A stretch of 64,000 bases of DNA from the NCBI GenBank assembly GCA_942492065.1, contig CALODV010000013.1, forward strand, positions 20,989 to 84,988, given 5' to 3'. Positions 31,187 through 40,248 of this stretch are shown piece after piece. Positions within the stretch are counted from its first letter, which is position 1, and each line of letters opens with the position of its first letter. The translations under genes were made by a program, and so were the position numbers. This DNA comes from Candidatus Cloacimonadales bacterium. Its GTDB lineage: Bacteria > Cloacimonadota > Cloacimonadia > Cloacimonadales > JAIOQZ01. Below the pieces are notes generated by a model. The model saw nothing but the letters and a program-made list of their open reading frames with translations. It was not told the origin of the DNA and made no database searches.

Positions 31187-32815
31187 ATGGGGGAAAACAT
31201 CCCGATGATGGAAATTGGTCTTTTACTCTTCGGAGTAATACTGATTGTAATCGTTTTTGTCAGTGCACTGACAAGATACAAAAAATGTCCGTCAGACAAG
31301 GTTCTTGTAATTTACGGTAAAGTTAGAAAAGAAGCTTCAGCAAAATGTATACACGGTGGAGCGGCCTTTGTATGGCCGTTGATTCAATCACATCAATATC
31401 TTGATCTTACACCTATGGCAATCGAAGTAAACCTTACAAACGCTTTGAGTAAGCAAAACATTCGTGTAGATGTTCCATCCAGATTTACTATTGGTATTTC
31501 TACAGAACGCGGTATTATGGAAAAGGCAGCTGAAAGACTTCTTGGCTTAAAGCACCACGACATTATTGAGCTTTCTAAGGATATCTTATTCGGACAATTA
31601 AGACTTGTAATTGCTACAATGGATATTGAAGAAATCAATACTGACAGAGATAAGTTCCTGGAGAATGTGAGTAAGAATGTTGAAGCTGAGCTGAATAAAA
31701 TCGGTTTAAAGCTTATCAACGTTAACGTCACGGATATCAGAGATGAGTCCGGCTACATCGAAGCACTTGGTAAAGAAGCTGCTGCGAAAGCTATTAACGA
31801 TGCAAAAGTTTCTGTTGCCCAAAGAGACAGAGACGGTGCTATCGGTGAATCAACAGCAAACAAAGAGAAGAATATTCAGGTTGCAGAAGCAGAAACACTT
31901 GCTGAACAGGGTGTTGCAGAAGCCGAATCTCGCAAACGGATCAAAGTTGCCGCTGCGAACGCTTTAGCTGTTACCGGGGAAGCTGATGCTGATAGGCAAC
32001 AAAAAATCAAGGTTGCAGAAGCAAATGCTGAAGCAGATAAAGGTATGGCTGCTGCGGACAGTCAGAGACGTATCCGCGTTTCAGATCTTAATGCTAAGGC
32101 TGTAGACGGTGAGAACACAGCGAAAATTGCAATCGCCGAATCAGAATCTCTGAAAAACATTAAAGAAACACAAGCTGAGAACAGAGCTATTGCAGCAAGA
32201 AAAATTGCTGTTTCCGAAGCTGAAAAACAAGGCTACGAAGCCAAAAAAATTGCAGAGGAATCCAGAGCTCAAATGGTTAAGGCTCAACAGGAAGCAGATA
32301 TTATTGTTTCAGCTCAGATTGCTAAGCAAAAACTTGAAATTGAAGCAGAAGCTCAAGCTGAAAGGGAAAGAAGAATTGCTCAGGGGCTTGCTGATGCTAA
32401 GTTAAAGAAAATGCAGGCAGAAGCTCAGGGTCTCTATGAAATCCTTAACAAAAAAGCGGAAGGTTTCCAGAATCTTGTTTCATCAGCAGGTAAAAGTCCT
32501 GATATGGCGATCAAACTTCTTCTGGCAGAACAGATGTCTGATCTTCTTAAAATCCAGGCTGGTGCAATTGAAGGACTCAAACTTGATAACGTCACTGTCT
32601 GGAGTAATGGAGGAACAGAAGGAAATAACTCTTCCGTTTCAGGATTTGTTCATGATCTGTTCAAAACTCTGCCTCCGATGAAAGATGTTCTGTCCATGAA
32701 AGGAATCGGAATCCCGGACTTCCTTATCAAGGATCTGAAAGACAATAATGAAACTCAGGACAGCCCTCCCGTTGCTAAAGCTCCGATAGTTGAGGATAAT
32801 CCTGTTGAATCTTAG
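31187..32815 (+). CDS. Flotillin-like SPFH/band-7 protein with a long Ala/Glu-rich coiled-coil
   Basis: An N-terminal transmembrane helix and SPFH domain, then roughly 250 aa of A/E/K heptad repeats. Confidence 0.85.
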   Translation: MGENIPMMEIGLLLFGVILIVIVFVSALTRYKKCPSDKVLVIYGKVRKEASAKCIHGGAAFVWPLIQSHQYLDLTPMAIEVNLTNALSKQNIRVDVPSRFTIGISTERGIMEKAAERLLGLKHHDIIELSKDILFGQLRLVIATMDIEEINTDRDKFLENVSKNVEAELNKIGLKLINVNVTDIRDESGYIEALGKEAAAKAINDAKVSVAQRDRDGAIGESTANKEKNIQVAEAETLAEQGVAEAESRKRIKVAAANALAVTGEADADRQQKIKVAEANAEADKGMAAADSQRRIRVSDLNAKAVDGENTAKIAIAESESLKNIKETQAENRAIAARKIAVSEAEKQGYEAKKIAEESRAQMVKAQQEADIIVSAQIAKQKLEIEAEAQAERERRIAQGLADAKLKKMQAEAQGLYEILNKKAEGFQNLVSSAGKSPDMAIKLLLAEQMSDLLKIQAGAIEGLKLDNVTVWSNGGTEGNNSSVSGFVHDLFKTLPPMKDVLSMKGIGIPDFLIKDLKDNNETQDSPPVAKAPIVEDNPVES

Positions 32816-32846
32816 TAACAAATTACATATCATTTAATAAAATATA

Positions 32847-32876
32847 GGCTGTTGACGAATGTCAGCAGCCTTTTTA
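32847..32876. terminator. Bidirectional terminator between the convergent flotillin and hydF genes
   Basis: Hairpin GGCTGTTGACgaatGTCAGCAGCC flanked by T/A runs on both strands. Confidence 0.5.
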
Positions 32877-32921
32877 TGTTTCATGTAAACCTGCCGTCAC
32901 CGACAGGTTTACAGATTATAT

Positions 32922-34121
32922 CTACTTGTAAAATGGTTTGATTACTCTTTCCAGCACTCCATGGAGCTTGGATATTGCAACCCCGTAGTTGGTTATCGGA
33001 ACTCCTCGTCGATTACACTCACGCATTCGTCGGATCATCTCCATTCTGTTTGTCATACAGGCCCCACAATGAAGCACAAGCTTATACTCCTCCAGATTAT
33101 CCGGGAAATCATGACCTGAGTATACATCAAACTTAATATCCTTACCGGTATACTGTCTCAGCCAACGTGGAATCTTTACTCTGCCAATATCGTCAGCCTG
33201 AACATGATGGGAACAGGACTCAGCTATAACAACCTTGTCTCCGTCCTCAAGCTTATCTATCGCAGATGCTCCATCTACAAGCATACCCAGTTCACCTTTA
33301 TATCTAGCGAACAGTGTTGAGAATGTTGTCAGAGGAATCTCTTCAGGTACATCTCCGTCAACCTTAAGAATCACCTGAGAGTCAGTAATAATTAGATCTG
33401 GTGGATTTTTCAGCTTCATAAGCGAGTCTTCCAGCTCACGTTCTTTAACCATAATACCGATGGCATCATTATCGAGAATTTCTCTCAACACCTGAACCTG
33501 CGGCATAATCAGTCTACCCTTAGGTGCAGCTAAGTCAATTGGTACAACCAGCACAACCTGATCTCCGGGGTTAACCAGATCACCCACAAGAACTCTTTCA
33601 GCAAGAAATTCCGTCGGAACCAGATCAGCCATTTTCTCTTTCATATCTCTGATGTTCTTCCCCGATTTACTCGAAACTGAGATATAAGGCAAACCAATTA
33701 ATCTGCAATAATCCTTGTTGGATTTATCAACTTCTGATATATCATTCTTGTTAAACACAACCATGGTAGTTATACTCAGATTTCGCACTTCCTCAATGAT
33801 TGCTTTGACATCATCTGTTATACCGTGTTCATCTGTTACGATAAGAGCAATATCTGTACGCCAGAGGACTTTACGTGTTGACTTCACTCGCTTCTCCCCC
33901 AACTCACCAAGGTCATCTATTCCGGCTGTATCTATTATAGAAACCGGGCCGATGGGCAACAGCTCATAGTTCTTTTTAACCGGATCTGTAGTTGTTCCGG
34001 GAGTATTGGATACAATCGATATATCCTGACTGGTCATGGCGTTTATCAGGGAGGACTTCCCTGCGTTACGCTTACCGATAATAGCTATATTGCAACGTTC
34101 ACCTTTAGGAATTGCCGGCAT
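32922..34121 (-). CDS. hydF: [FeFe]-hydrogenase maturation GTPase HydF
   Basis: G1 motif GKRNAGKSS and the C-terminal CxHx(n)HCxxC motif (CSHH…HCGAC). ATG at 34121 after AAGGAG. The track start at 34166 is further upstream. Confidence 0.9.
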   Translation of the reverse strand: MPAIPKGERCNIAIIGKRNAGKSSLINAMTSQDISIVSNTPGTTTDPVKKNYELLPIGPVSIIDTAGIDDLGELGEKRVKSTRKVLWRTDIALIVTDEHGITDDVKAIIEEVRNLSITTMVVFNKNDISEVDKSNKDYCRLIGLPYISVSSKSGKNIRDMKEKMADLVPTEFLAERVLVGDLVNPGDQVVLVVPIDLAAPKGRLIMPQVQVLREILDNDAIGIMVKERELEDSLMKLKNPPDLIITDSQVILKVDGDVPEEIPLTTFSTLFARYKGELGMLVDGASAIDKLEDGDKVVIAESCSHHVQADDIGRVKIPRWLRQYTGKDIKFDVYSGHDFPDNLEEYKLVLHCGACMTNRMEMIRRMRECNRRGVPITNYGVAISKLHGVLERVIKPFYK

Positions 34122-35184
34122 CTTTACTCCTTGCCTTAAAGTGAGGAGAATCACCAAGTTCCCCATAGCCTATTGTTTCACCAACAGATTCTATTCTGTT
34201 CTCCAGACATGCTCTGCACATGCTGGCATTTTCATCTACACATGGTTTATCATCATATAAGAGGTATTTTTCTCTGTATTTAGTATCTGTAAGAACAGGC
34301 ATGATAATATTTGCCCCGGCCTTTAATCCGTACTCTCTACCAAGCGGATCAAGTGCCTGCAATGCCGTTGTTGAGGCTATGTTAACATCCTTCAGGAAAA
34401 GACGAGTCAGGGAAATCATTTTGAGTGCTTTTCCCAGCTGAACTTTCTTGTCATAATCGGGCATGGAGTTTGCCATAGGAGTATCCTGATGCACAACATA
34501 AGGTCCCATTCCTATCATATCAATATCGTGCTCCTTGAAGAACATGATATCGTTCACCAGATCCTCGTAAGTCTGGTTCGGTAGCCCGATCATTACACCT
34601 GTTCCAACCTGATAACCTGTTTCACGCAGATATTCCAGGCATCTCAATCTCTCTGTATGATCGTGCGTTGCAGGATGAAGGCTTTTATACAGTTCCTCAT
34701 TGCTGGACTCAATTCTCAGCAGGTATCTTGTCGCACCTGCTTCGAACCATCTTCTGTAGGTTTCTTTTGATTGTTCACCCAGAGAAAGTGTGATTCCCAG
34801 CTCCTGATTAGAAAGCTTTTTGATGTTGATCAGCAGATCCTCTATGTAATCTACAAATTCTTTGTCACAGCGTTCTCCGGATTGTAGTACAACAGAACCG
34901 TATTTCATCTTCCAGGACCATTCTGCTGCTTCCAGAATCTCTTCCTTCTTCATGAAATATCTGTTTACTTTGCTGTTGCTCTTTCTGATCCCGCAATAAA
35001 AACAGTCTTTATCGCAGATGTTACTAAGCTCGATTATTCCTCTGAAATATACTTTATTGCCTACATTCTGCTCTTTTACAGCGTAAGCCTGCTTGTAGAG
35101 CTCTTCTATAAGAGCCTGATCTTCGGATTGAAAAACCTCGATCATTTGTTGTTTGGTAAGATTTTTAAAATCGTAATTCATCAT
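34105..35184 (-). CDS. hydE: [FeFe]-hydrogenase maturase HydE (radical SAM)
   Basis: CDKDCFYCG radical-SAM motif. Biotin-synthase-like length. Sits between aspA and hydF. Confidence 0.9.
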   Translation of the reverse strand: MMNYDFKNLTKQQMIEVFQSEDQALIEELYKQAYAVKEQNVGNKVYFRGIIELSNICDKDCFYCGIRKSNSKVNRYFMKKEEILEAAEWSWKMKYGSVVLQSGERCDKEFVDYIEDLLINIKKLSNQELGITLSLGEQSKETYRRWFEAGATRYLLRIESSNEELYKSLHPATHDHTERLRCLEYLRETGYQVGTGVMIGLPNQTYEDLVNDIMFFKEHDIDMIGMGPYVVHQDTPMANSMPDYDKKVQLGKALKMISLTRLFLKDVNIASTTALQALDPLGREYGLKAGANIIMPVLTDTKYREKYLLYDDKPCVDENASMCRACLENRIESVGETIGYGELGDSPHFKARSKDAGNS

Positions 35185-36619
35185 CCGTATATCCTAATTT
35201 GTACATTTTTGTAGGAGACAGAATCTCCTGGATTTTTTCTTCACTAATTATATTGTTTTCTATGAGATATTCACTTATTGACTGCCCCTTCTTCCCTGCT
35301 TCGATCACGATTTCTTCTACTTTATCGTAACCAAGAACCGGAACCAGCACAGTTGCAATTATTGGAGAATTAAACAGTTTCTGTCTGCATACATCCTTAT
35401 TGGCTGTTATGCCGTCTATACAATGAGTTCTGAACTTAATTGAAGCTGTGTTGAGCAGTTCCAGCGACTGCATGATGTTATGTGTAAGTAATGGCAGAAA
35501 CTGGTTCAGCTCAAGATTCCCCAGAGCTGTAACCTGAGTTATAACTGCATCATTTCCCATTACCTGTAAGGCTGATTGTGCGACAAACTCCGGAATCACA
35601 GGGTTTACTTTGGTTGGCATGATTGTTGATCCCTTCTGAACTTTGGGGAGGTTGATCTCCCCCAGTCCTCCCTGAGGTCCACTGCTCAGCAGTCGAAGAT
35701 CGTTAGCAATCTTGAACAGATTGGCAGCAAAAGCTTTGAGCATGCCTGAAACCTCTGCGAAAGCATCTACATTCTGGGTTGCATCAATCAGGTTTTCACC
35801 TCTGGCAAGATTCAGTCCCGTCAGCCTTCTCAGTACTTCAGTAACCTTGAAGATATACTTGCGTGGAGCACCAAGTCCTGTACCGATAGCGGTTCCTCCA
35901 AGATTAACAACCTTGATACGTTCTCTGGACTTGAATATACGCCATCTGTCACGAGCTATAGCATCGGAATATGCACTGAACTCCATCCCAAGGGTCAACG
36001 GTACAGCATCCTGAAGCTGTGTTCTGCCTGTCTTGACAACATTTTGAAACTCACGCTCCTTTTCCTGTAGTGACTCCTGCAAAAATGTTATGCTCTTTTC
36101 CAGCTCTTTAAGATACAGCAGTATAGCAACCTTGAGAGAAGTGGGATAAACATCATTCGTTGACTGATGCATATTCACATCTTTCAGAGGATGGATATAA
36201 CTGAAATCTCCTACAGCATGTCCGGCTTTCACATTAGCAAGATTCGCTATAACCTCGTTGAAATTCATGTTTGTTGAAGTACCGGCACCACCCTGGAAAG
36301 GTGACACAACAAACTCATCATGATGTTCACCTGCAATAATCTCCTTGCACACAGCTTCGATCAGGTCAGCTTTCTCCTGATCCATATAGCCAAGCAGACT
36401 GTTAGTTCTGGCACATGCCTGTTTCACATAAGCAAAAGCTTTTATGAACATGCCGTGCATCTTCTCAGGGGATTCCCCGAAATTATCCACAGCTCTGCAG
36501 GTTTGTGCCCCGTACATCACATTTGACGGTACTTCGCATTCATCTGTTATATTAGTTCTTATCTCTTTAGAAGTATAAGTCTCTTTCACCGTTTTTAATC
36601 CTCTGGATTCTTTTTTCAA
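35165..36619 (-). CDS. aspA: Aspartate ammonia-lyase (aspartase/fumarase class II family) embedded in the hyd maturase operon
   Basis: Signature GSTIMPTKVNP. N-terminus aligns to AspA (IRxxxDxxGxxEVPxxxxYG). Probably a TTG start. Confidence 0.85.
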   Translation of the reverse strand: MKKESRGLKTVKETYTSKEIRTNITDECEVPSNVMYGAQTCRAVDNFGESPEKMHGMFIKAFAYVKQACARTNSLLGYMDQEKADLIEAVCKEIIAGEHHDEFVVSPFQGGAGTSTNMNFNEVIANLANVKAGHAVGDFSYIHPLKDVNMHQSTNDVYPTSLKVAILLYLKELEKSITFLQESLQEKEREFQNVVKTGRTQLQDAVPLTLGMEFSAYSDAIARDRWRIFKSRERIKVVNLGGTAIGTGLGAPRKYIFKVTEVLRRLTGLNLARGENLIDATQNVDAFAEVSGMLKAFAANLFKIANDLRLLSSGPQGGLGEINLPKVQKGSTIMPTKVNPVIPEFVAQSALQVMGNDAVITQVTALGNLELNQFLPLLTHNIMQSLELLNTASIKFRTHCIDGITANKDVCRQKLFNSPIIATVLVPVLGYDKVEEIVIEAGKKGQSISEYLIENNIISEEKIQEILSPTKMYKLGYTDDELRF

Positions 36620-37973
36620 CTTCAGCTTTCATTTTGCTGTCATCAAGCTTTTCAAGTTCTCTTTCAATAAGTTTGATTCCTGAAGCTCTTGTCTCAGGAG
36701 TAGCATAGTCTTCCACATATTCGAGGAATGTAAGTATAGCATTTGGTGAGCAGTAACGTTTAACAAATCCGGGAATAGCAAATTCCATGAAGTGTTCACC
36801 GGTTCTGCCAAGTCTGTAGCAGCCTGTGCAGAAACTAGGAATAAAATTGTGATCTGCAAGCTCTTTGATAACTTCGTCCAGAGTTCTGGAGTCGGATAGT
36901 GTGAACTGCTCTTTCTTGCTTGTATGATCTTCTGAAGAATAATCACCTATACCAATTGCTGATCCTGCATCGATCTGGGATACGCCGTAATTGATAACTT
37001 CATTACGAATATCAATCGGTTCACGAGCAGTGAGAATCAGTCCGGTGTATGGTACCGCAAGTCGAAGAATAGCAACCAGTTTTTTGAAGTCATCATCAGA
37101 TACAAGGTGAGGAGGTCGTTTTGTGAAATCTGTATTGAAGGCAGGCTCTATCCGTGGGAATGAAATAGTATGAGGTCCAATGTTAAAGCGTTCTTCCAGA
37201 TGCATAGTGTGATAAAGCAATCCCATTACTTCAAAACGCCAGTCATACAAGCCCATGAGAGCTCCGATGCCGAGGTCATCGATTCCTGCTTCCATTGCTC
37301 TGTCCAGACCGTGAAGTCTCCACAGATAGTTACTCTTAGGTCCGCGAGGGTGAACTTGTTTATAGGTTTCTTCGTGGTATGTTTCCTGGAATATCTGGTA
37401 AGTTCCGATTCCTGCTTTCTTTACGATTTTGTAACCTTCTACATCAAGTGGAGCTGCGTTGATATTAACGCGACGGATTTCCCCGTTTCCTTTCTTAGTA
37501 GCATAGACTTTCATTACTGTGTCATGAATAAACTGTGCATCATATTTAGGGTGTTCTCCATATACCATAATCAGGCGTTTGTGACCGTTATCCACGAGTG
37601 ATTCTACTTCCATGCCGAGTTTCTGCATAGTGAGAGTATTTCTCTCCGCTTCGGTATTGGAAGATCGGAATCCGCAGTACACACAATCGTTAATGCAGTC
37701 GTTTCCAACGTAAAGAGGAGCAAAAAGCACGATTCTGTTACCGTATACTCTTTCTTTAAGAGTACGAGCTCCCTGTTTGATTTCTTCAACCAGATCTTCG
37801 TCTGTTGCGTTTATAAGACATGCCATTTCATAAGGATCAAGGCGGTTTTTATCCAGTGATTTCTGAATAATATCCTTAATTTGAGCTCTGTCAGGATTCT
37901 TTGTTTTAGTAAGATCCTCAAAGATTTTGTCATTCGGAATGAATGATTTGAGACCTGTTGTATCTAGTACCAT
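36567..37973 (-). CDS. hydG: [FeFe]-hydrogenase maturase HydG (radical SAM tyrosine lyase)
   Basis: CINDCVYCGF radical-SAM motif and a C-terminal CTGCYRLG…H auxiliary-cluster motif. ATG after AGAGG. Confidence 0.9.
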   Translation of the reverse strand: MVLDTTGLKSFIPNDKIFEDLTKTKNPDRAQIKDIIQKSLDKNRLDPYEMACLINATDEDLVEEIKQGARTLKERVYGNRIVLFAPLYVGNDCINDCVYCGFRSSNTEAERNTLTMQKLGMEVESLVDNGHKRLIMVYGEHPKYDAQFIHDTVMKVYATKKGNGEIRRVNINAAPLDVEGYKIVKKAGIGTYQIFQETYHEETYKQVHPRGPKSNYLWRLHGLDRAMEAGIDDLGIGALMGLYDWRFEVMGLLYHTMHLEERFNIGPHTISFPRIEPAFNTDFTKRPPHLVSDDDFKKLVAILRLAVPYTGLILTAREPIDIRNEVINYGVSQIDAGSAIGIGDYSSEDHTSKKEQFTLSDSRTLDEVIKELADHNFIPSFCTGCYRLGRTGEHFMEFAIPGFVKRYCSPNAILTFLEYVEDYATPETRASGIKLIERELEKLDDSKMKAEVEKRIQRIKNGERDLYF

Positions 37974-37989
37974 AATTACCTCTGTATTT

Positions 37990-38238
37990 TTAATCTGTTT
38001 TTAATGTTGTGGATTTGACTTTTACGGATTTGATCTGACCCAATTTTCCTGTCAGTGCTCCGAGTTCGTCAGTTGTCATTTCTGCAACTAGAAAAATAAT
38101 TGCAATATCACGGTCTTTCACCGGATACCCTACCCGCAGTAATAGTTCATCTGCGTAGTCATGTAAAATTGTATTAACCTGTTTATACGCTTCTTCGCGT
38201 TTATATACTGTTATAGAAACATTATGTATTCTTTTCAT
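37990..38238 (-). CDS. TM1266-like small ACT-fold protein (so-called iron-only hydrogenase system regulator family)
   Basis: 82 aa starting at the ATG at 38238 (MKRIHNVSITVYKREEAY…). Sits immediately upstream of hydG as in many hyd loci. The track start at 38268 is a GTG. Confidence 0.7.
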   Translation of the reverse strand: MKRIHNVSITVYKREEAYKQVNTILHDYADELLLRVGYPVKDRDIAIIFLVAEMTTDELGALTGKLGQIKSVKVKSTTLKTD

Positions 38239-38239
38239 G

Positions 38240-38275
38240 AAAAAAACCTCCGGTCCACACAGGGACACGGAGGTT
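38240..38275 (-). terminator. Strong intrinsic terminator hairpin whose 3' arm contains the GGAGG Shine-Dalgarno of the TM1266-like gene
   Basis: Minus strand reads ACCTCCGTGTCCctgtgtGGACCGGAGGT, then TTTTTTT, then C-ATG. Confidence 0.6.
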
Positions 38276-38355
38276 ATAATAGTATCTATCTCCCTATCCC
38301 TGAATGTTAGACTTACTCCTTCATCTCAGGACAGTTTATAAATTCTTTTTTCTAT

Positions 38356-38383
38356 ATTATACTAAATTATTACAGTCAGACAA
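38356..38383 (-). promoter_or_regulatory. Candidate internal promoter (TTGTCT, 16-nt spacer, TATAAT) for the TM1266-hydG-aspA-hydE-hydF unit
   Basis: Hexamers read on the minus strand about 110 nt upstream of the TM1266 ATG. Confidence 0.35.
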
Positions 38384-38437
38384 CATTTAATTATATAAAT
38401 TTTTAATATTAAATTTTGTCCTTCGCAAAATTTCTAT

Positions 38438-40231
38438 TTAGTGATGATCTTTACCTGTAACTTGCTCAACTACATGACCCTTGAATTTTTCTCTTGAGTA
38501 GTAGTGAGTGTGAAGCAGATGGTGAGCTTTATGTCCACCAGGACCTTCAGGAAGGAAGTTACCTTCGCCATAGAGTCCCATTACAGCTTCGTTATGGTGT
38601 GAGCATCTTGCAGGAAGATTTCTATCATCTTCATACAGTCTTTCACCACGGCGTGCACGGTCAGCCATTGAGTTACCGAATGGTTGTCCACCACCGCCAA
38701 CACATCCACCAGGGCAAGCCATGATTTCAATGAATGTATATTCGCTCTTACCTGTTTCTTTGATTTGCTTTTGAACTTTTTCCATGAGTTTTCTTGCATT
38801 TCCAAGTCCGTGAGCAACAGCAACTTTAACAGTAAGGTCTGGTGTGAGAGCAACTTCAGCTTCTTTGATACCTTTAAGACCACGAACAGGTGTTATTTCT
38901 ACATCACCAAGGTCTTTTTTATTTACAAGCCAGTATACTGAACGCAGTGCAGCTTCCATAACACCACCTGTAGCACCAAAAATAGTTCCGGCACCGGTGT
39001 GATGTGAAAGTTCATAATATGGTTCTTCTTCAGGAAGGTTTTTGAAATCCATACCTGCTTCGTGAATCATTCTGATTAATTCTCTGGTTGTAAGAACGTA
39101 ATCTACGTCTTGATATTTAGAATCAGACATTTCATCTCTTTGAGCTTCGAATTTTTTAGCTGTACAAGGCATGATTGATACAGATACTATATCTTTTGCA
39201 TCAATACTTTTTTGTTCAGCATAGTATGTTTTTGCAAGTGTACCCATCATTTGCTGAGGTGACTTTGCAGTTGATACATGGTGTGCAAGATCAGGGAAGA
39301 ATGTTTCCATGAACTTAACCCAACCAGGTGAACATGATGTTATACATGGTAACGGACCGCCATTAACAACACGATCAACAACTTCTGAACCTTCTTCGAT
39401 GATTGTAAGGTCAGCAGTAAAGTTTGTATCAAATACACCGTCGAAACCAAGTCTCTTAAGTGCTGCATACATTTTACCAATATTTACTTCACCAAATTCC
39501 ATTCCGAATTCTTCACCGAGTGAAGCGCGGATAGATGGAGCTTCCTGTACAACAACGTGTTTTGTAGGATCAAGAAGAGCATCCCATACTTTTGCTGTAT
39601 CGTCTTTTTCATGTAATGCGCCTGTTGGGCAGTATACTGTACACTGACCACAATTAACACATACAGAGTTAGCCATACCAAGACTTAAAGCTGTATCGAT
39701 TTTTGTTTCGAATCCACGGTTTGAGAATGTCAGTGCATTAACTGTCTGACCATCTGAACAAACCTGAACACAGCGTCCACAGTTGATACATTTATTAACG
39801 TCTCTAACTATAGAAACTGAAGAATAATCAACTGGAACTTTTTTAAGCATGCTTGGAACAGCTTCAGGATCGATATCTAATGTATACGCGATTTCCTGTA
39901 ATTCACATTTACCGTTCGCAACACATGTAGGACATGTAACATCGTGATTTGCAAGTATAAGTTCGATGAGAGTTTTTCTTGCTTCACGGAGTTTTTTGCT
40001 GTTTGTGGTTACTTTCATTCCTTCCCAAACTTCTGTTGAACAAGCTCTTTTTGGGACTGGAGAGCCTTCGATATCTACAATACAAACACCACATGCTGAA
40101 GTTGGTTTCCAGTCAGGGTGGTAGCATAATGTAGGAACGTTGTAACCTGCTTTCTTCGCAGCCTGGATTAACGTTGTACCTTGAGGTACTTCTACCTCAA
40201 TTTTGTTAATCGTAAGTTTAACATTACTCAT
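38438..40231 (-). CDS. hydA: [FeFe] hydrogenase catalytic subunit HydA (M3-type: 2Fe-2S, His-ligated 4Fe-4S, two ferredoxin-like 4Fe-4S, H-domain)
   Basis: The N-terminal 2Fe-2S Cys pattern, the His-ligated HDVTCPTCVANGKC, and two CxxCxxCxxxCP motifs precede the H-cluster motifs. L1 reads TSCSPGW, L2 reads MPCTAKKFE, and L3 reads EIMACPGGCVGGGGQP. Confidence 0.92.
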   Translation of the reverse strand: MSNVKLTINKIEVEVPQGTTLIQAAKKAGYNVPTLCYHPDWKPTSACGVCIVDIEGSPVPKRACSTEVWEGMKVTTNSKKLREARKTLIELILANHDVTCPTCVANGKCELQEIAYTLDIDPEAVPSMLKKVPVDYSSVSIVRDVNKCINCGRCVQVCSDGQTVNALTFSNRGFETKIDTALSLGMANSVCVNCGQCTVYCPTGALHEKDDTAKVWDALLDPTKHVVVQEAPSIRASLGEEFGMEFGEVNIGKMYAALKRLGFDGVFDTNFTADLTIIEEGSEVVDRVVNGGPLPCITSCSPGWVKFMETFFPDLAHHVSTAKSPQQMMGTLAKTYYAEQKSIDAKDIVSVSIMPCTAKKFEAQRDEMSDSKYQDVDYVLTTRELIRMIHEAGMDFKNLPEEEPYYELSHHTGAGTIFGATGGVMEAALRSVYWLVNKKDLGDVEITPVRGLKGIKEAEVALTPDLTVKVAVAHGLGNARKLMEKVQKQIKETGKSEYTFIEIMACPGGCVGGGGQPFGNSMADRARRGERLYEDDRNLPARCSHHNEAVMGLYGEGNFLPEGPGGHKAHHLLHTHYYSREKFKGHVVEQVTGKDHH

Positions 40232-40248
40232 TTATAACCTCCGTATTA

